A DNA stretch of 62,857 nucleotides, filler included, from Atractiella rhizophila (lineage: Eukaryota), in assembly GCA_021432655.1 (NCBI GenBank). It is 3 parts of 3 records of this genome, joined end to end, with 100 filler letters (N's around TTAATTAATTAA, not from the genome) between each part and the next. Parts side by side here need not be neighbours in the genome. Positions count along the whole stretch, not along the records: positions 1 to 21,347 come from MU271827.1; positions 21,448 to 42,113 come from MU271830.1; 1 more part is not named here. One strand, given 5' to 3'. The notes beneath the pieces were generated by a model. That model saw only the letters and a list, made by a program, of their open reading frames with translations. It did no database searches and was not told the DNA's origin. The position numbers and the translations under genes were made by a program. Positions 15,363-30,969 of this stretch are shown one piece after another (the first letter of the stretch is position 1; each line of letters opens with the position of its first letter).

Positions 15363-16235
15363 ATGAGGATCTGGCCGTTCCTTCACATCTGCCCACTTCA
15401 CATCCTAGCTCAACAGTCAGGTTTTCTGGGAATTGGCAACTATCCTTGTGACCCTCAAGGAATTAGCTGTCAGCTGCTCTACGACGTGCTCCCAGGTTAC
15501 TTTCCAGATGCCGACTTGTGCGTCCCGAATAGACACGACCCATCGCAGGCATACTGCTTTATCGGTCCGTGAATCTTTCTCTTCTTCAACCACTACTTGA
15601 TAATGTGGATGGAATCAGAGAGTCCCTGCTTCTTTAACGACAACTGCGATGGTGGCAGCTGTTTTGGAGGAATATGCGTGGGAGACATTGGGGATAGCTG
15701 CCCTCCTTTGACCCAGGGTAGTTGCGCAGGCAATATCCACTGTGGTGCGCCTTTCTTTCTTTGGATGTATGAAAGGTTATTAATTGATGAATGTAAAGGT
15801 TCGGATGGGATATGTGGTGGATACGAAGCCATATTCCAGGTCGGGCTTGAACCCAAACTCGCCTGCGTCAGTGGGGAGGCCAGCGATTCAAAGTGCACGC
15901 AGTATACAGAAGAGCAACTCCGGGAGGCTCAGGCCCCCTCGCCAACGCCTACTCCCGGGCCTACTCTCGAGCCTACTCCAGGGTCTACTCTCGAGCCTAC
16001 TCCCGGGCCTACCCACGGGCCTAAGGGCCGTTCTCAAACTATCGCCATTGCTGTCGCCACACCCGTCGGTGTTGTGTTTCTCTTGGGCTTTGGTATTGCA
16101 ATATGGCTATGCTGCCGTCCACGAAAACCCTCTACACATTATCCACCTGTGCCCCCCCAACAGCCAGATTGGGGATGCCTACAGTTCATGCTCAGTTTAT
16201 TTCAGTGTTCTGGGGGTGGTAATAACTCGCAATGA
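15363..16235 (+). CDS. Cys-rich type I membrane protein (signal peptide, Cys-rich ectodomain, Pro/Thr linker, TM helix, short tail)
   Basis: Exons 15363-~15565, ~15620-15743, ~15799-16235; many Cys (PC..SC..LCV..YC..PC..NCDGGSC..GICVG..GDSC..SCAG..HC..GICGG..ACVSG..KC); PTPG repeats; TM IAIAVATPVGVVFLLGFGIAIWLCC followed by RPRK. Confidence 0.75.
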
Positions 16236-17762
16236 AGAAGACCAAGAACAAGATAAAGAGCTTCCCCTCCCCTTCGGTCTCTGCGGCCACTGTTGGTCCA
16301 CTTACTTGGATCACTGAGGCGCGAATTTCACGGTTCTGGAAATGGATTTGAAGTTGTTTTTTGATCAAAGGCTATGGACACCTCCAGATTCTACGCTCGC
16401 TTCCTTCGCTCAATCTTATTCTCGGTTGCCTTGGGTTTCTGAACACTTCGTCTGCATGGTTCATATTTCAATCTCCATCATGTATATCTGTTGTTAGAAG
16501 AGATACAAACCAACGACACTGAGGAATGAAACATTTTCCCTAACTCTGTATGTTATGGATACTTGAAGTTTTAAAGATCAATGTAGCCAGGATAGTGCTG
16601 AGATTGATCATGCTCACTCTCTTTCGCGACATTATTTTTATTTGCCAATTACCTTACAGCACGGTAGGACATACGGTGAAGCCATGAATATCATGAGAGG
16701 ACTTTGACTCTGTTCCAACGCAAGTCCCAACCATCCGTACAATAGTTATAGGATCAAGGCCACTGAAAGTGGGTCAGGAACGGTTTTGTACCCACACAGA
16801 CAGTTTGATGGTGCAAGCACGTTACAGCAGGCAACTGCATCGGGATGGAAATGACCTATCATTCGTAACGATTAGCCTCACTATTTAGGACTATAGAAAT
16901 GAATGAAGGGCAGCTCTTCAGAATTGCAGAAAGGAAAGCTCCTCATCGAATCTCAGACTGTTGAGCTTGAACGTAATGTATTTTTAATCATCCTCAGCTG
17001 CCCTTGCATCCTCTTCTTGTTCAATGAGGAATGAACGTACCTCGCTGTCCCGCCACAAGCAATAAAACAACTTATCAGCTCCAACGCTCAGGCTACAAGA
17101 CGAGTTGCCGAACGAAAAATTCTTTCTTGTGATGCCGCTAACAGCTTTTCCGCCCGACAGTCTGCACGTGACTTGAAAGCGCGTCAGAAAAAAGCTGCCA
17201 GACGTGTCGCTTTAAAATGACGACCGTTTCCGGTCCCCAAAGAAATAAATCGCTTATGCTGTTTCCATACGATGAACTCTCAAGCTCTCACCCGATTTCC
17301 GAGTTTATACTCCTATTCACCCGACGATGCAATTTTTCAGAACATTACCTCGCTTCAAAGGGAGATCGGGATGGGAGTAGACGGTCTTGAAGAGAAACTT
17401 ACGACGATTGGAACAACAAATAGTTCGCATTTCCTCGTTTCAAGAGGTGTTGAGATTTTTTTTGTGATTGAGCACATTTCCGTTCCCTTTGCTTCTGTTG
17501 TCCATTTCGTCGAAGCAGGTTGTGTTGATAATATCGTTTCCTTTCTACAGCGGAAGGTTTGGATTGGGAAAGCTTACGAGGAGCAGCTTGGATGCGTACG
17601 TTGTTCACCATAAGCAGGCTGTCCAAGCCTCATTGAGCTACAAGCAACCACTCTTCCCCATTTGAATTGTTCCCAACTCTTGAAGAGTCTGGACACTCCT
17701 GACGGTGGGAATATCATCCTCGTCAGAGAGTCATCTGAACAAACGTTGTAGCTAATACTGGA

Positions 17763-19458
17763 ATGGAAGGCTCGGGACTCGGGAGAAGTGCGATACTTGG
17801 ACAGATTGGCACAGGTAACTGGTTTGCTGCACTTTCGTTTGTTGCGGCGACTGACCGATAACAGATGTGGATGGTCGACAAAGTCGTCTTGCTGTCAGAG
17901 AAGATGAGAGATGTGCCTTTTCACCGCATGCACGCTCTCCCTACTAACTACGTGCCGCAGGGTCCCCTGCTCGTTCGTCGGCGTCACCACTCTACCATTC
18001 TACCCCTACATTTCACATCTCGGCGTCAGCTTCTCCACCATCTCCATTTCTTCCCGCCACCCCCAGTCCCCCAACTCTCGAGATCACAATTTCGAAAGAG
18101 TCCGTCGAATCCGAGCTCATCCCCACAGTACCATGCACTCCGGAACCAGCGTCGTCCTTTACTTCATCTTCCTGCTCAATGGGATCTCAATCTCCAGGGT
18201 CATACGAAGTGCCCGACTCGGAGGAGGAGTCAATGCAAACTTCTCCTGCTATCCTGCAAGGCTGTTGGAAACCTCAACCCAACCGTGTTCCTTCGCTCCC
18301 CTCTGGTAACGGAAGCGGGAACCTGTTTCGGTCCCATTCAAAGCAGAGTTTTAGCCTTATTCCATCATCACTCCATGTGGCTGCAATACGGTTAGAAAAT
18401 TTGAAGAGTCGAGATGTTGCACTTCCAAATGCACATTTCGCTGACGGGATGTATCATCACTTTCGCAAGATCCTCCCTGCCGTCAGATCCTGGTTAAGGG
18501 GGTGTTGGCTACCTGCAGAGGAATACGAAACCGAAGGAGAGATTGAGGTGCATCAAAATGCCCGTTGGTGGGCTTGCCGTGCCTTCCATTTCACGATAAG
18601 TGATATCACTCGAGACCTGGATCAGAACGCATCCAAAGCGAGGGTGGAGGCGTGGTGGAGTGCCGAAGCGGAAGAGAAGGAGAAGGTGGAGAAGGAGAAA
18701 GCGAGCAAGCAAAGGAGGTGGGACCTGTGGGGTCTAGCTCTTGCTGCAATCGCCATCAGTGTGAAGGTGACTCACTTCCTGTGCAACAGCCAGTTTGGAG
18801 CTGATGAGACCACAGTTCCACCGTGATTTTACAAAGCCTCTATTTGTCCTCCGCGTCAGCGTTCTACTGGAGCAATCGAATCTTCCGTTCACTCCAGCTC
18901 TATTGGATAAATACGAACGACTTCTCCTGCATTCTCCCTCCATCCAGTTCAAACTCCATTTTCCCACACCGTTTGATTACCTGGAGGAAATAGCGAATGC
19001 TCTTCCCTTTTTCAGGAAGCAGGCCTCTTCATCTCGCGGAACGAAGGGATGGGAGAATATATTCAATCTCTGGACAGATGCAGTCATGGAGACTTGCTCT
19101 TGTTAGTAATTCTCTCGTCTTGCCAAGAATTAAGTTGAGATCAAAACAAAGGCAACAAATTCATTTTTTTCAGCGCAGCGCAAATCTGTGCCGCTTCTCT
19201 GCTTTGGGCACTTCCTCAATACCTTTCAGAGGAAGCTGACGAGAGCTGGTTGAATTGGTGGGAGATCTGGGGACACAATGGCACTCTAAGACGAGAGCTG
19301 TTGAGAGTCGTGCTGCTGAAACCCGTACGATTCTTGTATTCTTTCCTACCGAAGTCAACTGATGCAGCGGTTAGGAGCAACTGGACACTGCAGAAATGTG
19401 GATTAGTGGTCTGATGGAGGAATGTTCTGAAGGGGAATCCGATGAGGAGATGGTGTAG
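17763..19458 (+). CDS. Cyclin-like (cyclin N-terminal fold) protein
   Basis: Spliced model gives LALAAIAISVK|FHRDFTKPL..KYERLLL..IQFKLHFPTPFDYLEE, matching the cyclin box helices (AxK, ER-LL-L-F-L-PTP). Start is inferred. Confidence 0.6.
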
Positions 19459-20074
19459 CTGCTTCCTTTTCGCAAAGTTGTATCAGTGCTTCCTATGAGG
19501 GTATCGTTTGAGTTTAAACAGTATGTTCAGGCACGCATCTGTACTGGTTGTAGCATCATTCGTGTTACTCTATCTTTAGTCGATTGCATATGTATTTTAC
19601 GAGTTTAGCAAATATTTCTATTGTTATGTCAAATGATTAGCTGTAGAACGAAAGGAATCAGATGATGATCGTAAGGAAGTTTGGATGATTACAGGGACAG
19701 GACTTGAACACCCTCAAATCCCTACTACCCCTGAACACACGTCTTGGTAGGGATACAAAGGCTAGCTATGTGAATTTGTATATGGTGCGGTGATACGCAT
19801 AAAGCAAATTATCTAAGCAGAGCATTTTGACAATGAGAACTCCACCATGACGCCAATGATGGAAACAACAGAGTTGCCATACCTGCTGTAGTACATTCCC
19901 ACCTGGTAGTTCACTCACAGCTCTTCCGAGTCCCCGTGGTTGACCAGTCCTTTCCATTGCGTTGTGAAATCTTATTAGTTGCACTATTATTGCACACAAC
20001 TTACACAGGTTTTTACTTTCTCACGCATTTCACCCATTTTTTTCAGCGAGCTGGAGGACAAGCAACGCTTCGAA

Positions 20075-21347
20075 ATGTCTCTCCTACTCAACTTCGCCCC
20101 TCCTCCAGCCACCTCTTCCAAAGTCAAAACCAAGTCGAAAGCAAAGACTGGCGGTAGATGGACTGATAAACTCGTCTCGCAGCGGAAAGAAGTGTTGCGG
20201 ACTAAGAAACGGAAAGCTGATGAGGCTGATGATTCTGGGGGTGGAGCTGGGTTGGCTTGGAGGCCAGTGAAGAGATTCAAGCCGGATAGTGATGAAGAAG
20301 ATGAGGAAGAATGTATGTTTTCATTTTACTGCCTCTGGATTACGACGGGGAGAGGGGATTGAAAACTATGATCGAGATGCATCATGAATAGAGTCCATTC
20401 TCAAATTGATTGTGTCTTTACTTTGAACTTGTCATGAACAGCCTAAGAATGATCGAACAAGATCTATGATTATGGTAACAGCGAGCATGGATGGCAAATT
20501 CTATGCATCATCATTCATGGTTGTGTTTGCTGTCCCAACTTGCGGCAGCACAAAGCTACATCGACATTCACCCTGTTCAAGATACGGTACAGCTGTTTTG
20601 CTACCACCAGTCTATACATTCGTGCTCAAATATACCGTTACAGCCTTCCTCGCCTGTGATTTTATCAGGTTAAATCAGAACGTTCTAAAGGAACGCTGAC
20701 GGAGCGGCCTGTTATTTGATGGTGGCAATCTGAATTAGCTCGTAGCAGACATATCATACGCTAATCCATCAATGTGACTCAGAACTTTAGCCAAAATATT
20801 TCTTTGCATTAAATAGATATTGCAAGTTTCTGAAACCTTGTCCTCTCAGCCGACGCTCCTGCTGCCCCGTCGACATCGCCAGCGAAACCCACTTCGGCTT
20901 CGGTTCTGCTGTCTTCGACATCGGTCGCCTCTCGTCTCTCGGTGTCGACCTCGAATGTAGCATCAAGCAAATCGTCCGCCCCAGTCGTAAAAACAAAACA
21001 AGTAATCTCCTCGCTCTTCCCCCGCATGCGCTCGGCTTCCCCCACCACACTCGCATCGAAACCCACGACCGCGCTCACCACGATGGCAGCGCCGGGAGGA
21101 CAGGAGCCATCGAACGCTCCCCTGCCCTCCTCCTCCTTCCAATCCTTTGGACTCGCCCCCTCTGTCTTCCACAGCCTCACCAACAAGCTGAAGATCACGC
21201 ATCCGACCTCCATACAGCGAGTGGCAATACCCGCCATGATGAGCAAGTCCGAAGAGGGGGAGAGGGAGAGGGACGTGTTATTGAGGAGCCAGACAGGGAC
21301 AGGGAAGACAGTCGCATACGCTCTACCTGTCCTACACGACCTCATGA
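20075..21347 (+). CDS. DBP7: DEAD-box RNA helicase Dbp7 (3' truncated by assembly linker)
   Basis: MSLLLNF..GGRW N-terminus, VISSLF, EPSNAPL, Q motif (F..FGL..PTSIQ..AIP), motif I SQTGTGKTVAY; 537-nt intron 20313-20849. Confidence 0.88.
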
Positions 21348-21447
21348 NNNNNNNNNNNNNNNNNNNNNNNNNNNNNNNNNNNNNNNNNNNNTTAATTAAT
21401 TAANNNNNNNNNNNNNNNNNNNNNNNNNNNNNNNNNNNNNNNNNNNN
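21348..21447. other. Assembly linker N-TTAATTAATTAA-N
   Basis: All-frame-stop 12-mer at 21392-21403 between N runs; genes on both sides are truncated. Confidence 0.97.
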
Positions 21448-21490
21448 GTGTCGCTTTGCTTCTATTTGCTGCTTGTTGATACTGAAGGCA

Positions 21491-25486
<3,996 letters not shown>

Positions 25487-25788
25487 GGGACGATTTGGGC
25501 TGGCATTATAGAATTCTGAGCTTTGCTTGTCTAGTAACAGTTACGTCTCAATATTCAATACTCAGTGTTCATATCATCCCGATAATACGCAGAATGATAT
25601 CCTATGTACTCGCGAATCATGATTACGATCGCCGAAAGTTCGATCAGCCAGGAGCTTCAGCCCGGCAACAACATCACAACGACCATCTCCTCCACTTCCG
25701 CTATACCCCTTCTCACAGTGAACTACTATCACTTGGAACACGATTTTGCAACTTGTTGGGCTGTACTTAGTTGAATTGGGCAATTATC

Positions 25789-28266
25789 ATGTCGTCGTTC
25801 AAGTTCACCAAGTTTAAGCAGGTGCTTTCTCCCTCTTTCCTCTGTCCGTAAGCTATTCCGTGCGAATTTTGATTGGGACTTCGGTGGATGGTGTACATAG
25901 CTTGTAGGGGAGAAGGCAAAGATCGTACCGGGTACCGTTGCCTCGGATGAGTTCGTGGAGTTGCAAGGAGAGCTGGCACTCCGTCGCCAAGTGCGTTCCT
26001 ACCTCCATTCTGTCGGTACATATATGCTGAACGGAATGGCTGGATCAACAAACAGGGCATCGATCGTCTCCATTCCAGTCTAACACACTACTCCAAGCAA
26101 CTCTCGAAGCGCAAGCTCCTCAAATCCTCCGGCGACAACCTTCTGCCCCCACCAGAGTCTGCCACCTTTACTCTCCCGGCCAATGGGGAAAGAACGCCAC
26201 ACGAACGGTTGTCGATCCTCTTTGTTTCTCACGGCGCTGAATTCGGGCCCTCGTCAGCATACGGACAATGTCTCTCCCTTTTAGGTGATGGACATGCCAA
26301 GATCGCTCTTGCAACAGAGGCGTTTGTAGATCGTATGGGGGTGGGTATTCTGGAGGGATTGGAGAGAGGCCAGAAGGGACATGAGGAGTTTGATAGGTTG
26401 AGGAAGAAGTTGGAAGGACGCAGAGTGGCCCTTGATGCTGCGAGATCCAAGTTGGCGGGACAGAAAGGAAAGAAGGGGGAGAGAGAGGCGGAGGTAGAGC
26501 TTGGGCAAGCGAAGGACAAATAGTGAGCTTGTCCTTGGATCTGTGGAATGAGACGGTGATGGGATATGAAGTGATGATACCGCAGAAGATTTGCAAAAGT
26601 GCGCGGAGAGATTGCAGGACGAGGAAATACAGCAGTTGAGGGATCTCGCGACTTTCTTAGAGGACGAATTGGGTTCGTGTTCACTTCCATTCTTTCNNNN
26701 NNNNNNNNNNNNNNNNNNNNNNNNNNNNNNNNNNNNNNNNNNNNNNNNNNNNNNNNNNNNNNNNNNNNNNNNNNNNNNNNNNNNNNNNNNNNNNNNNNNN
26801 NNNNNNNNNNNNNNNNNNNNNNNNNNNNNNNNNNNNNNNNNNNNNNNNNNNNNNNNNNNNNNNNNNNNNNNNNNNNNNNNNNNNNNNNNNNNNNNNNNNN
26901 NNNNNNNNNNNNNNNNNNNNNNNNNNNNNNNNNNNNNNNNNNNNNNNNNNNNNNNNNNNNNNNNNNNNNNNNNNNNNNNNNNNNNNNNNNNNNNNNNNNN
27001 NNNNNNNNNNNNNNNNNNNNNNNNNNNNNNNNNNNNNNNNNNNNNNNNNNNNNNNNNNNNNNNNNNNNNNNNNNNNNNNNNNNNNNNNNNNNNNNNNNNN
27101 NNNNNNNNNNNNNNNNNNNNNNNNNNNNNNNNNNNNCAAAGGATAAAGATAAAGATAAAGATAAAGACAAGACAGTGAAGGCGAAAAAGAGTTCGAGGTC
27201 TCTGTCCATCTTCTCTCTTAGTACAGGTGATAAAGAGAAAGATAAAGATAAAGAGGGGAAGGAGACGAAAGATGGGAAGGAAGAAGTCGAAAAGAGGAGT
27301 AGAAGGAGCAGCTCGATCTTTAGCGTTCCTGGATTTGGATTTACAAAGAAAGAGGAGGAGAAAAAGGAGAAAGAAGAGAGTGCGAAGAAAGAGAAAGAAG
27401 AGTCGACCTCGTTCTCAGGCTCTGGAAACGGTACGAATGGCTCGAGCTCGCTCTCCCGCTCTCGGCTCAACTCTCTCAAGAATATTCTACAAGTCAACAC
27501 CTCCTCTGCCTCCTCCTCCTCGAAGGACTATTCCTCCATCCCCTCCGCATCCCTCAATTCTCACATACCTACCCTCCCACCTCCCACGTCCACACAAGCC
27601 TCTCTCACGCGCGATACCCTCCTTAAAACTGTACAGGCCCAATGGAACTACGTTGCGAAACATCCAGACGAACTTTCGATAAATGTGGGTGATAAAGTGG
27701 TGGTAGAGAAGGAAGCGAATGCGGAATGGTGGATTGGGATGAATACGCGGAATGGGGAGAGAGGAATGTTCCCAGCAGCTTATTGCAAAGATATGTCGGA
27801 GGAAGAGGAGGAGGAGGAAACGGAAGGGACGGGAAAACATAAGAGGATGAGCACTGAAGACTCCAGCTGGTCCTATCCCTTTGGAGACGCAGAAGAGGAT
27901 AGCGAAACGGAAAGTAGGAATATCCTGGCAAAGAAGAAGATGTTCGAGAGCGACGATTCTTCCTCCGATGAAGAACCTCCCCCTCCCACTCTCCCTAAAC
28001 GACCATCAGCGTCGAATTCCCGCCCCTCCTCCTCCTCAGGAACAAGATCAGCTTTTCTTTCCCCATCACCCAAGCCGAGCCTGCATCGCTCTTCATCTTC
28101 TATCGAATCTGGTGGAGGGACGAAGAAGCCGCCGCCGCCTCCTCCTCCATCCAGGAGCAGGACAGGGACAGTGAATCAAGGATATGTAGGAGGCAGCAAC
28201 GCGGTACAGGTCATACCGCCCGGTGGTGGTATTTTAAAGAGTGGCAAGAGTCCGTTTGAGGATTGA
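25789..28266 (+). CDS. N-BAR + SH3 domain protein (endophilin-like), internal gap
   Basis: MSSFKFTKFKQLVGEK..EFVELQGELALRRQGIDRL; RKKLEGRRVALDAA (BAR); VQAQWNYVAKHPDELSINVGDKV..AEWW..GMFPAAY (SH3); Pro-rich tail, SPFED end. Confidence 0.85.
26697..27136. other. Sequence gap (440 N)
   Basis: N run between pyrimidine-rich intron sequence and a (GATAAA)n repeat. Confidence 0.98.
27137..27170 (+). repeat. (GATAAA)n repeat encoding KDKDKD
   Basis: Read directly at the gap edge. Confidence 0.8.
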
Positions 28267-28557
28267 TACATACGGTTATATCCATTCACCCCTTTTGGTG
28301 ATGCACAATCTACTTAGGAGATGAAGATGGTTTCGTTAGGTATTCTCGGTTTCGTTAGTGTCTCGATTCAGGATTGCAATATTGAGTTATTGGACATGTT
28401 CATTATACCCATTACCTTTCTGGAAAGAATGTAACATTATTCTGAACAATATTGTCTTCAGACCAGTCGTGACGAAAGGCGAAAGAAGCAATTCTCGATC
28501 GCACGTGTCTTTTGACGAGACCCCATTTAAAACCGACAACGGAACGAGAAGCAGAAA

Positions 28558-30724
28558 ATGTCCCAAATCCTTCCCCAAATCACCTCTCATGCCTCCCTCC
28601 CTGCGTCCGCCCCACTCAGCTCTCTGCACCTCTCTCCCTCGTCTCCTGCTCCAGCACGCGTCCTCGCCGCTTCCTTGGATCATAAACTCTACGTTTTGCC
28701 GTATTCGCTCTTCGTAGACAATTCTAGTGCTGAAGAAGGAGCGGGAGGCAGCGGGAGTGGTGGGAAGAACGTGCAGAGTTGGACTGCACATGATGGACCT
28801 GTTTGGAGCGCAAAGTGGGCGGATCCCTGTTGGGGCGTTTTGATCGTGAGTGGAGGAGGAGATGGATGTGTGAACGTTTGGGAGGAAGGTGCGTTCCGCT
28901 TTTTTGCTCGCTCGCAAATGTGGGGGGACGGTGTCTGATGATCTGGATCTCCTGAAGAAAGAGGAGAGAACCATTCATGGAATGGTCACACTCATTCTCT
29001 TCCCTACTTGGCAAGAGAATGAATTGTAGTTGATTAGTCCTAAGAGCTGAGGCATATGTCTGCCTGTCGCATTTTGCTGACCGCTTGAATGGAGTAGTTA
29101 CACGCCATTCTGTCCTACCTCTTACCATAATCGGTGTGGTGTCCGTGATGGATGCTATTTACAATTTTACAATCCCCCATTGTTTTTGTGTCCCGTCGAT
29201 TGACAGGAACGCACCAACATTGATATTCTTCTTTCTTTCAAGAAAAAATAACTCAAATTAGAACCCAAGCAGTAGACATTGGAGAGGAACATGGTTTCCA
29301 TAAATGCCATATGCCTCTCTGGCAAATTTTCTCTTGAACTTTTTGGTTATACTCATCCGTCTCTGCCCACCATTATTTTGATTTGGAGTGTCCGGTCGCT
29401 CATGGAATCAAAATGAAATGAGAAACCCTGCATTCTGCATTTTAAAAGGTGAAGGCCGTGGCCCTCTTGTAGGGGTGTGAAAACACCATTCGCCAATCTT
29501 TGGCTGAGAGTTGCCTCATGCTTGTATTTGGTCTTAACGGTCGATTGGCACAAATAAATATCTTGTTCTATCTAAAACAAAGGTGTGCAGGATGGTGCTT
29601 CAACGTAAAACAAGAGGCTTGCTGGAATCATATTCATGCCAGACTTCCGAAATAGGAGACATGGAGACGTGTGTCACACGTTCATTTTCATCTTCACGAA
29701 AAAATATGTCGGTTCCCTGCGAAGCATGGGATTATGAGTGTGGATATGTTTTAGGGGAATCGAAGTATGAGATGATAATTTCGACCTCCGTCATTTGTCG
29801 CCGAACCAACTCAGCTTGCCCGCTAAGATAGATAGCTGATGTTACGCAAGCGTACAGACGCAGATGGAAAATGGACGAGAAAATGTTCACTTGACGAGGC
29901 TCGCGCACCGATTCGCGAAGTCGAATGGGGTCCATATTGGGGTCAGAACGAAGGTCTGCGAGTGGTAAGACATCCATCATGAAAGGTATAAGCGCTGACT
30001 CACTTGAACATAGGCGTCGATATCGACTGATTCTCACTTTCGCATGTACATCTCGCTAGATGCGACGTTTACAGACTGGACATTAAGCGTCGACATCGAT
30101 CTTAATCTCATGTTCTCCAGTCCTTCTCCTAGCCTCAACGGAGCAGATTTCATGACCGCATCTATCGCAACTCTTACATCTAACGGTCCTGGTCGTCGAG
30201 CAAAAGACGGGTCCGCCTTTGAAAATAACGGAGCATGGGCCCTTGCATGGATCAAAGATGGCTGGTGGGGCGATCGGGTCGCCGTCTCCTTTGGGAGCGA
30301 ATCCATTGTCCGACTAATATACCTCCCATCAGCGCCTTCGCGGCCTCCTCTCCCTTTCCTCCAACTCGAACCTTCGGCACCTAATGTTTCCCCCATCGGG
30401 TCAATATCATGGTCTCCTAGCTGCGGCCGGTCGTACCAGCTTATCGCGACTGGTCATCGTGACGGTTCTGTGCGCATATGGAAACTGTTTCATCCATCGA
30501 GCGAAGGGGAGGAAGGGGAATGGAGTGCGGAAGTTGTCGGAGAGTTTGGATGGGAAGAGATGGGTGGGAAGGGAGTACACGGAACAAGGGTGGAGTGGAA
30601 TACGACCGGAACAATCCTTTCTTGCTCATGTGCGGATGGGGCCATTCGCATATTCAAACCCACTTATGTAGGAGACTGGAAGTGTGTCAACGTTATAAAC
30701 GGGGACTGGGGAGACGATGAATGA
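28558..30724 (+). CDS. SEH1: WD40 nucleoporin / SEACAT subunit Seh1-like
   Basis: WTAHDGPVWSAKWADPCWGVLIVSGGGDGCVNVWEE, then after a 969-nt intron ..WTRKCSLDEARAPIREVEWGP..GLRVASISTD, SISWSPSCGRSYQLIATG, RVEWNTTGTILS. Confidence 0.85.
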
Positions 30725-30969
30725 TAATTTACACTGATGTATCATTGTGAGAGAATCCTTTGACTTTGAGGACATCGCGTTGGACCATGATCCTGGAGCT
30801 AAGTGGAGAGAAAAGTCATAATGATTGCATTCATTTTTCAGTGCTACAGCTTTTTCCACTCCCGAACCACTGTTTGACATTTGGCCTACAAATATTGCTT
30901 CGATTTTGTTTGTTAGTCACATAAATGATGTCCATTCCTGTCCTTGATGTCATTTTGAGGCGACATCAA

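Noticed and set aside
17272..17665. Overlapping short ORFs upstream of the cyclin-like gene
   Set aside because: No consistent spliced model or motif.
19661..19735. ATGATGA..CTGA pair resembling a box C/D snoRNA
   Set aside because: No terminal stem and no rRNA-complementary guide that I could recognise.
21392..21403. TTAATTAATTAA palindrome as a biological site (also 42158-42169)
   Set aside because: Embedded in N runs; it is an assembly linker.
26229..27500. Long ORFs spanning the N gap
   Set aside because: Artefacts of translating N; the minus-strand one is antisense to the BAR-SH3 gene.
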